A stretch of 61,165 nucleotides of DNA, filler included, from Sphacelaria rigidula (lineage: Eukaryota), in assembly GCA_964200075.2 (NCBI GenBank). It is 5 parts of 5 records of this genome, joined end to end, with 100 filler letters (N's around TTAATTAATTAA, not from the genome) between each part and the next. Parts side by side here need not be neighbours in the genome. Positions count along the whole stretch, not along the records: positions 49,015 to 61,165 come from CAXNAA020004074.1; 4 more parts are not named here. The stretch is one strand, 5' to 3'. Positions 51,820 to 61,165 of this stretch are shown piece by piece. A model generated the notes under the pieces. The model did no database searches. It saw nothing but the letters and a program-made list of their open reading frames with translations, and was not told where the DNA came from. The position numbers and the translations under genes are program-made. The first letter of the stretch is position 1; every line of letters begins with the position of its first letter.

Positions 51820-53730
51820 TTCGCCACAAAACAACGCGGCTTCCCACCATAAGAACGCCGCATGATCAGAAAAGAAATGCACAAGCTTCTTGACCGAGAT
51901 GTTGCTCACCCAACTTTCCCCGGCAAAGTTTGTCGACTACACGATTTTATATTCAGTAAAATTCGCCAAATTCGCCAAATATATCTTTACTGCAGGGTCT
52001 CACAGGTTCCTTAGCCTGTTAATCGATAATACCGGCATACAACCAGCCCCCTCCAAACGCAACGCAATTGCTCAGACGCCACGTCCATACAGTCGAAAAA
52101 CTACGTTCGTTTCTGGACCCATCGGGTACCTTGGACAGTTTGTCCAAGAGCGTAGCATTTTAGTCGCCCCGCTGACCGATATTCTAAATAAGTAGGAAAG
52201 CCAACAGTATTGCTGCATGATGTAGGTAAACGCGCGCTCTCCTTATGCTGTCAAAATCATGTGCCGTACAACTTCAGCAAGACTTCACCACCACAATCCG
52301 GTCGTCTCATGGTGGCCCAGCCAGGATATGACATACGAACTAAAGACTCGCCCAATGACCATCAATGTACAACTCATGCGTGTGAAGTCACGTCTCTTGT
52401 CATCTCTGTGCTTTGTCTCCGTGTATTTAGTACATCGTATCTCATTATATTTTATTCAGCATGTCTTGTTTATTCCATTTTCTCCATGATTATGCCTACA
52501 GTTTTACAGGATTCGAGGAATTGGGGGCACGGCTGCTGAAATGTTCACGGCACTGTACAAATCTTGGCCTCAGAGATGGAGAGAGTATGTTTCACGCACA
52601 CTCTTGGGCACTCGCACCCTACCCGACGACCCGACGCCATGCTATCGTCTGACACGTTTCCCTTCGAGCTCTGGACTGGCCGTGAGCATTACACACGTAC
52701 TACAGCTGTCTTAAAAGCAAAAAGTTCCTTCCATATCCGTCCACCCCATCTAGAACAGTCCATAGCTGAAGTGTTTGCGTCCCACATTGGGGGGATCGAA
52801 GCAGAGAATGACACCCACATTCCATCTGACCCCTGAATTTCCCACCGTGTTGGACTGTATTGCCTGAATATGTCACCGTGTTGTATTGTCGAGAACTCTA
52901 CGTTGTTTCAGGCACTGACGGGTGGGGAAAAGGAGAGGACTTCAAGGGGGGGACGGCATACTGATTTGTTTCAAGCATCCAAGTAATTTCCTTAGCTGCT
53001 GTCATCTGTACTGTTCCCAACTTCTTCCCAACTTCATTGTACCCAATTATTTTCTAAGCTGTTGCAATCTGTACCGTTCCCAACTCCTTCACCAACTTCA
53101 CTGCACCCAAGTATTTTTTGAGCTGTTGCAATCTGTGCTGTTTCCAACGTCCTCACTAACTTCACTGCATCCAAGTATCCTCTTAGCTGCTGCCATCCGT
53201 ACTGTTCCCAATTTCTTCATGAACTTCACCCCTTGCTTTGCCATGTCTAATGCTTGTATCAGGTCATCAAAGAATACCCCAAGTAGAGAGGGGGATAAGG
53301 TACATCCTGGTGCAACTCCTTGCAAAATATCGAAATATTTCGATATTTCCCTGTCTAGCATCATCGCACTTTTGGCACACTTCTGTCGTCTTCATCGTCC
53401 ACACCTTTCCTTTGATCACAGCTCCTCATATATATTTCCCACAACCCATTGCTCCATACTGCGTCATGAGCCTTTTGCACCTGTATCATCCCACAGTTTC
53501 TTCGACCCCGCCATCGCACTCGAAGCACCCCGCTTCCCCACGTAGTGATGCCTTGAAGCTTTTGCCCAGAGATGCTACCTCCTGGAAAGGCTATAGCAGT
53601 GCCGAGCTGAAGCGCCACGTGTACGATTATGGAAATTTCTTTCGGCGAGTACGATACGAAGATGGAGACTGGAAAGAGATATCTCGCCGGGAACTCGAGC
53701 GCCCCAAGCTGGAACGGAGGAACCAAAGAT
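51820..53730 (+). mobile_element. Heavily deleted Gypsy remnant (RT pieces, integrase tail with Tudor-like end)
   Basis: RRMIRKEMHKLLD, GIQPAPSKRNAI..LVAPLTDILNK, PFELWTGR, then VYDY..RVRYEDGDWKEISRREL. Interrupted by a LINE fragment. Confidence 0.6.
52975..53495 (-). mobile_element. LINE fragment (same family as 9780-12110) with a 4x64-bp tandem amplification
   Basis: VQKAHDAVWSNGLW, LQGVAPGCTLSP, KKLGTVRMAAAKRILGCS; repeat units start at 52975, 53039, 53103 and 53167. Confidence 0.8.
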
Positions 53731-54479
53731 TGGAGCCATCGACGTTTACGAATAGCTGTTGTGTGATGTGGTATATGATATCATTGCGAGAGGAATGCGG
53801 TGATGAAATAAGGGAATATATAACTATATATCGCCGCTACCGTACGTTGCAGTCATGAATACCGAGTGTTCCTGTCTTTTTCTTTTGTTGCTTTGTTATT
53901 GATTGCTTCCCATTTGGTAATATACGGGCACATGTGTGAACCAAGGCGCGTGGGCTCTAGTTTCAGTAGAAAAGGCGTCAGTAGTTACAGAAGAGCACCC
54001 CTCAAAAGCTGCACTCCTGTAACTATTGATCAGTTCGTGGAAAGGATGTTTTTAGCGAGGTTCAAGCCCTGCACTGCCCTAGAATCCAGTGTAACTGATC
54101 CGGGGTGTCGACGCGCGATCAAGCTAACTGGCCGATCGTTCTCCAGTCTGACTGAGATCCCGGGAAAACGACAGCGACCGTACTTGTTTGCTATTTCTGT
54201 CGTTGGAAAGGGCGTTATAGATGTTTTCCTTTCCTTACGGATGGAGCTTTCCCCTGCTTATCAGGGTTTACCCATTCATTAGATCTGTAACGAGTTTTCC
54301 CCTGTACTGTAATTCAGCAGGTTTTTCTCGTTTTACTTTCAGGTGTATGATGCACAGGCTTTGTTTTTGTTCTGGCCCTTCCAGCCCTCCAATTTACAGT
54401 TTTATTAGTCATTTTCCAGTCGACTAGGATCCATGTGTCATACTTTGTCATGCTTGGTATCTGATACGTCATACTACAT

Positions 54480-56717
54480 TGTGCGATAGAACCTGGCCGT
54501 GTGCCCCCTGTGTCACGTGTCACAGCGTTTTGGACTATGCATCTCAACTAGCAAAGCACACGTTGACCCGTGCGCCAATAACACAAGAGCATCTACGCCA
54601 TCACGGACTGCGATCTCAGAGGATTCTCTGGTCTTCACGCAATGTAAGCCTGTCCTCCATGCAACATATGTTGCTCTGGCGTCTGAGCGGCTCATCGAGT
54701 ATGCAGCGCGACGCTGCGAACATGACTGACTCTACCCTAGTAACGTCGAGCTCAATGGCTTCGATACAAATGATTGTGTTTGAGTCCGCTAGCCTGGTGC
54801 CCACTGAAGTGGCACTACTCCCACCTAGGTGGTAAGTATCGAACCATGACATTGGTGCACACTACGCATGGGCACGCCGGAGTGATGACGACTGCAATGA
54901 TCAATGCACACTATGAGTGGCCCAGTCTTTTCGCCGATACTCGCAAATACGTACTGTCTTGTTGATGTCGCCGACGCAAGCGTACTGATAGTCACACCAT
55001 AGCGATGCTACCCGCCCTCTTCTTGAAGCCCTGGGGGAGGATGAAGGTGGAAATATCGGACATGAAACAGGTTTCTAATTCTGGTCATAGGTACTTGCTG
55101 GTTGTTGTGGATCGAGCGACCAAGTTTCTCTTTGCTTTCCCACTAGCAGCCAAGGTTACTGAGCACGTAGTTAAGTGTCTGCTAAAACTGTTCTTGACGT
55201 TCGAAGTACCCTATTCGCTTTGAAGTGATGCTCGGAGGTTCACTTCGGAAGTAGTAAACCATGTCTGCCATATGGATGAAGGTGAAACTGGACCATGGTC
55301 CCCCAGATCACCCTCGCAATCAGGGCGCTGTGGAAAGATACGGGGGGTGGTTGCATGGCGTCTTAGCCGAGCTGTGTAGCAGTGGCTGGAAAAATGGGAC
55401 GAGTATGTGGATCCTGCTGTACGGACTCATCGTAATACTCCCGATCCGTCATTGCCTAATAACCCGACGCCCTAAATGCCGCTTTTGAGCGCAAGCCTCG
55501 CACCCAAATCGACTCTGTGTCACCTGAAGCGGAATCCACCCTTGAATAACACGGTAGAGCAACAGCGACAGAATTTGAAGGAGGTTCGTGAACTATTAAC
55601 CCAACGCAACCGGCGTAGGGAAGAGGTGAGATCAGCGAGAAATGCCGAGATGACTCCCCAGTCGGCAGGATCGCGAGCTAAGGTAGGAGGTATGATGTTC
55701 GTCAAAGAGTCCGACAGCTCCTATCTGAACGAAGATGTACCGCCCAAATTAGTACACGACTCGTGAACTGGGCCGTGGACGATGCAGCAAGTTGTGATAC
55801 CAGGTCTCAGTCTTGAGATCAAAGTGCAGGTGCGTAAAGTACAAGAGCGAACGGTGTCCACGGCCAACGTGATCAAATTTCATGCGTGCCCACAAAAAGT
55901 GCACCGGAGACCGTCCAAGAACCCGGCCACGATCCCACTTTTCGGCTCCTTTGCAGCAATTTCGCCCACATGAGAGGCGTGTAGCAGTCCGAAATCAGCT
56001 ATAACACCCAAATGAGTCGAGTCGTGCAGCACGAGACCAGCTCAAACGGCATTTATGATCGTCGCCTCCGTGCACTTTTTTGGCCGGGTCGGGGGGGCGG
56101 CTATCTCGGCAGCAGTCGCCACTACTATATTTTCTAACGGATAGGGAAGCAGCGCTGGGCTCAGGATCGTCGATGTCCATGGTTGTTTCACGACGGAGCT
56201 GAGCCACACTGGCTGTCAGAAGAGAGGCTTTGAACAGTTTTACTGGGTTACAGTTGCACGTCTTTGATGCCTTGTGGGAATTATATCACCCGCAGGCCAG
56301 GCCACGTCTATCTGATACACCATCTCGAGCAGAAAGGGACCCAATTTCTCGGGTATGACGCGTTACGGCAGATTCCTCGAGGTATCCAGATCCGTAAACG
56401 GTTTGCGGACAGCCAAGAGCGGTCAACAAGATTAAGAACTTCTCCGGACTGGATGGGATCGTTTCTGTACGGTGTTTAAACCCCCTACGTGGTCTAACCC
56501 GACAAAACGTTTACGAAGATTGACGGCTACGCGAAACAACGCCGATTACTCGAGGAAGAGGAACATGGTGACGCGGTCATCCATCGTCGAACCACGTTCA
56601 GTCCCAGGGTTTTTCAACCCTAGGCCTGGGGGGCGTACTCATTTGTTGCTTGCCTTAGTCATTTGACCATTGACCACGCATCCCTTTCGAGACGGAGGCC
56701 CTAGGCCTGGGGGGGGG
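54480..56717 (+). mobile_element. Decayed Gypsy integrase region ending in a PPT
   Basis: HTTHGHAG..YEWP..C*C, RYLLVVVDRATKF, HPRNQGAVER, TGPW, C-terminal extension; G9 tract at 56709-56717. Confidence 0.82.
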
Positions 56718-56865
56718 TGTTATAGCCCGCGGCGTAGTGGTGGTAGGGCAGTACGATGATGGGCGCGTCGATCTGATGGTTAAACGACCCGGAGGACTGA
56801 CTGCGGGAACTGGCAAGTGCCACAGTCAGAAATGAGGATGTTTGGATCCGTTCGTGACTGTCACA
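56718..56865 (+). repeat. Start of the 3' LTR (right end uncertain)
   Basis: TGTTA directly after the G9 PPT; shares GTGGTGG..AGTACGATGATGGGC..GTCGAT with 61047-61165. Confidence 0.6.
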
Positions 56866-57289
56866 TAAATATGCACGTTCATATCCAGTTTAAATTTGAT
56901 TCTTAGCGAAATCGAATCTCAGCCGGCACCCTGGTGTTCACTTGAAAACGTGCCATGTATGGTAAACGCCACTAATACAAAAGAAAAATATCGTCAGCTG
57001 TTCTGCGTTGAATTGATCATCCCTTCTGCTGGATAGTGCTTGCTGTCACCATTCTGTGTTTGCTGTCCGATAACGGTGGGCCGGCATATACAGTGCAGTC
57101 AATGTATACACCACACGAATGAATATATCGCATTTTTGTTTAAAGTAGCTAAATTCTATGTTTATTCCCCGACACTTGAAGATGCGTCTTTAGCGTGTGT
57201 ACAGCGATCATGGTAACCTACGCAATTGAGACAATAGTAAAAACGAACTGGTGCACGGACAAGCCAGAGGCCGCCTACCCCAACTGTCC

Positions 57290-58740
57290 GCAACAGCTAT
57301 CCTGCAACGGTGCAAAGAGTGGTTTGAAAAACTTCTGAATGCAACCTAGCCTGCGATCTACCACTCTGTCATCGATATCATCGAACAGATGCCGGAGCAC
57401 GCACCGCTCGCTGCCGAGCCCTCGGTGGAAGAAATTAAGGAAGCAGTGGCAAGCTGGTGAACAGCAAGGCCGGTGGAACTGACGACATATGTGGCAAACT
57501 ATTGAACCTCGGCCGCACCGAAGACCCTGGCATCCTGAAGCGCCTCCACAACATCGTGCTCACTGTGTGTCGTCAGGGAGTATAGTGGCACAAGAAGAGA
57601 GTGGAAATACGACATCATCAAGGTACTTTTCAAGAAACAGGACGCGCACGAATGCGGCAACTACCGTGGTGTTTCTCTCGAGTTCCATACAGGTAGGGTT
57701 GTACTCAAGATAGTTATGACTCGCATCAGTGCCTACTGCGAGTGGAAGGGAATCCTCCTAGAAGCGCAATGCGGTTTCTTACCCGGCCGGTCGACAGTTG
57801 ACAATGTCATGATGATTGTTGTGCGCAGGCTCCAAAACCTGGCCAGAGAGAAGGACCTTCCACTGTACATGTGTGCTCCCTTGACCTTCAAAAGTCATAC
57901 GACTCAGTGAACTATTGTCTTCTCTAGAAATTTCTAGCACGCTACGGTATCCCCGCCAAGATGATTTCCATCATCCGCCAGTTCCACGATGCATTCGGGC
58001 ATGCGTATGCCTTGACAGCGGCGAGACATCTGAGTGGTTTAACGTTAACCAGGGCCTCCGCCATGGCTGTGTGCTTTTCCCCGGTTTGTTCAGCATCTTT
58101 TTCGCGGCGGTGTTGACGGTGACGTTCGATCGCTCCTAGATCAATAAAGCAGTGGTGGCGAAAGACTTCATCCGCCTCGCTGAAAGAGGTGGAAAGACCA
58201 GGGACGAACTCAGCAAAGTGCATTGGCCCATACTATACGTCGACGACGCTGGCATCGCCTCGCGGTCTCAAGTAAGCCTGGCGAAAATGATGACGGCCGT
58301 AGTCGAATTATGTGCGGCTTTCGACCTCATCGTGGCGGGAAAGAAGACAATCACCATGCTCATGCGTTCCCCGAAAATGGAAGCGGATGTTGTCGAGGGA
58401 GAGGCGGCGGGCCAAATATACAGGCACGTTGAGTTTTTCGTCTACCTTGGTGGAAAAATAAGAGGCATCGGTGATGTTACCCCTGAGATCCACAGTCGCA
58501 TTGGCCAAGCCTGGACGTGCTTCCACAAGTACAGCAGAGCGGTATACGGCAACCCGTGCATCCCCCTGGCCACCAACGTTCGTCTCCTGAAGACTGAAGT
58601 GATCGGGGTAATGCTATACGGCTGCGTGACCTGGACGATCGCACACGAAAAATTCGGCGCGTTTCGGCAGGCTCATTGAGGTTTCCTGCTGAGGTGCCTC
58701 AACAAGCGTACCTCAGGCCGCAACACCCCTGACTACCACA
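57290..58740 (+). mobile_element. Decayed RTE-like LINE reverse transcriptase
   Basis: ECGNYRGVSL, EAQCGFLPGRSTVD, QGLRHGCVL.P.LF, LYVDD, FVYLGG, EIHSRIGQAW, MLYGCVTW. Confidence 0.88.
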
Positions 58741-59259
58741 AACTGCGAGATCCACAGCTCTGACGAGTCGTTTCGAGTCTCTGGAACAAGTAAAAAAAAC
58801 GAACTTTTCAGTTGTATAAGCATTGTCATATTCAGCGCTATGACGGTTGTTCTACAGGCAGTAACTACAAGTACGCAGAGCAACGACAGCTTTCCCGATT
58901 TTTTTACGCTGTAATACGCCAACCACTCTGCTCGAAAGCTATTGTTACCACGACCTTTGCGGTCGGCGCTTGACGGTGTGGGTCACAAATGCAACAACGG
59001 CAAGTGCTTGATCATAGAACACCCATATTCCTGGTGAAACCATAACCCCATCTCGTCTCAGCTTAGTACGGCCTCGCATGGCATTTTTTTGCCATTGCAA
59101 CACACACGCACACACACAGCCTGGATGAGTACCCGACCGGTCGTTGTACATTAAAACAGCTCAGGTTACAGGGTGGCCGCCTCAACATGGGTCACGCCAG
59201 CAACAGCTAGAGCACCGCCAGAGGTACCTTTCTTCACTCCGTATGCCAAGAAGATGTCG

Positions 59260-59559
59260 ACGAGTGTTTGATCTCTCATAGATCCCCCCAACTGGGGTGT
59301 GGCAGACTTTTCCGTGTGAACACACAGGTCGGACAAGATCAACCATGATAATAACACCCCCCTAAAGTTACGATTGGATCTTGCTTTTGCCGCTACACCA
59401 CTCTTGCTACCATGCGTGTGTGTGAGAACAGTAGCGGTGGCGGGAACATCGCTACACGAGTGTTTGATCTCTCATACATCCCCCCAACTGGGATGTGGCA
59501 GATTTTTGTCCTTGTTTTGCAGACGTCGGGTGAAATCAACGATTACAATAACACCCCCT
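59260..59559 (-). repeat. Two diverged ~100-bp units, each starting GGGGG-TGTTATT on the minus strand
   Basis: Shared core TCTGCCACA.CCCAGTTGGGGG..TATGAGAGATCAAACACTCGT at 59260-59362 and 59456-59559. Confidence 0.65.
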
Positions 59560-61046
59560 AGCTTGCGATTATTAGTTCTTGGTGAAACGGCGCAACCGTC
59601 CTTGCTCGCATGTGTGTAAGTGATAACAGCATAGCGGTGACGGAAATATCGCCCTGCTTTCCGACGACTTGCTCTACTGCGCACAGAGGCACGACCTGTC
59701 CGAGTAGTGAGGTAGAGAGGAATCGATTTTTGCGTTGGTCAGCGCCACAGACGGTAGACAACAACCGTGGGCATCCCTATCTTGTTTCCGGGGCTGTGCT
59801 ATAATAACCCGCCTGCCGACACATGGCAACTTGGGTATGTGATGGTAACATGATGTCGATCTCTCGAGCGACTGGGAATCGCCGAAGGAGGACACGCAAA
59901 AAAAAACCGGCGGGGAGTTTCCTCTCCGCCGTGCTCCTCTCTCTGGTAATATTGCCATTGACACGCGTGTGCACACCGCACTCGTTCGATTCACCTAGCC
60001 ACACCTGCTTGATAACTGCTACGAATGGTGCAACCGTTGCGCACCATTCCTGAAAATTATTTATACCATTTAAACATCATTTTCATGTTCAACTCCATAT
60101 TTGAGAATCGTTTTTTTTGTTCTTCGAACTAAGTCGGCAGAAACGCTACAATCTCAAAGCAGGTGGAATCCAGTCGCAATGTTGAACCCCATTGTGTTGA
60201 CGTCCTCCCCTACGGCGACGGTAATATACTGCACAGCATTGCCGTATGTATCACACAACAAATGGTGCTGTACTACCCTACTCCCTGTTGTCGTTTTACT
60301 GCACTCGTACTGCTCTCTTCTCGCACACTCACCGTTCTCACAATATTGGCTATACCGCCCTGTATTACTTGGGCTGTGAACTGGTGACTCTGATCAGTCA
60401 AGTTAAAAGTGCTCGCACTGGCGGCCAGTGAATCGATGGGGAAACAACGCCGCAACGCCCCAGAGTGTTGTCATGATAGCCCCTCCACAAACTAGCCTTG
60501 AAACTGCCACGAAAAAATTAATCATACAGCGCATGATCGCTGATTTCAGGTGGCATCAAGCGGCTCAAATTAGCAACATTGCCGAGATAGATCCCAAGCG
60601 TGGAAGTTCTCAGCTTCTCGTTGTACTCGACTTTTATCATTTGCATTCGAATGTAGTTTTTCGTGTAGTTTTTAGTTTTTCCTTGAACCAGTCACTTTTC
60701 CGGAGAGAGAGGGCATAGCGTCATCACTCCCCACGCGGCTGGTAAGGGGGCCCCGCGGGAGCGCCGCCGGAGGTAAAAAAATGTGCGGTATTTGGCTCAT
60801 ATTCCCTTCAAAACTCTTCGCCGTGGTGTCACTTGCAAGGGTATATTGCAAGCGTTCTATTAGTACCGGTCACGTGCTCAGATTGTTTGTTTTACGGTCG
60901 CAAATGGTTCAAACGTGGGATAACAATCCCATTTTCGCAGAGATTGTTTAGGGAAGAAATACGTTCATGTCATCCCCGGGAAGGGGATAGGGGGAAATGG
61001 TGGTGATGAGGGGGTAGTATGCGGTGGATATATCCTAACGGTGCTC

Positions 61047-61165
61047 TGTTACGGATCGCGGCGTGGCGTGGTGGATAAGGGTACAGTAGTACGATGATGG
61101 GCCGTCGATTTTGAAACGACATTAAACAACAAATTGTGAGAATTGAGGTTTAACTTCGAGATGAG
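61047..61165 (+). repeat. Start of an LTR related to 56718
   Basis: TGTTAC start and clear similarity to 56718-56790; runs off the window. Confidence 0.55.

Noticed and set aside
59890-60010. Second tRNA-like SINE head on the minus strand ending in a T run
   Set aside because: No recognisable B box; the similarity is too weak.

Overview
Eukaryotic, transposon-dense DNA that resembles a brown alga (stramenopile); this is inferred from the short GT-AG exons in large introns and the TE types, and is not proven. The window is not one locus. It is five near-equal scaffolds (1-12159, 12260-24411, 24512-36663, 36764-48914, 49015-61165) joined by identical 100-bp N44-TTAATTAATTAA-N44 linkers, so adjacency across linkers has no biological meaning. 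Scaffold 1 carries three phase-compatible minus-strand exons of VAC14, an 80-nt near-perfect hairpin, MITEs and a decayed LINE. Scaffolds 2 and 3 each hold a large degenerate Ty3/Gypsy element of the same lineage; the second has a chromodomain plus a further C-terminal extension. Scaffold 4 holds seven copies of a ~205-bp MITE with 37-bp TGT..ACA TIRs, mostly 5-bp TSDs and an internal (TTAGGG)n tract (an eighth copy is on scaffold 3), a local duplication giving an empty/filled site pair, and a Ty1/Copia remnant. Scaffold 5 holds a CTG microsatellite, Gypsy remnants whose integrase tails end in a Tudor-like motif, and an RTE-like LINE. The best leads are the telomere-repeat MITE family, the chromo/Tudor-like integrase tails, and the candidate pre-miRNA hairpin. 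No CRISPR array, rRNA or intact tRNA was found.
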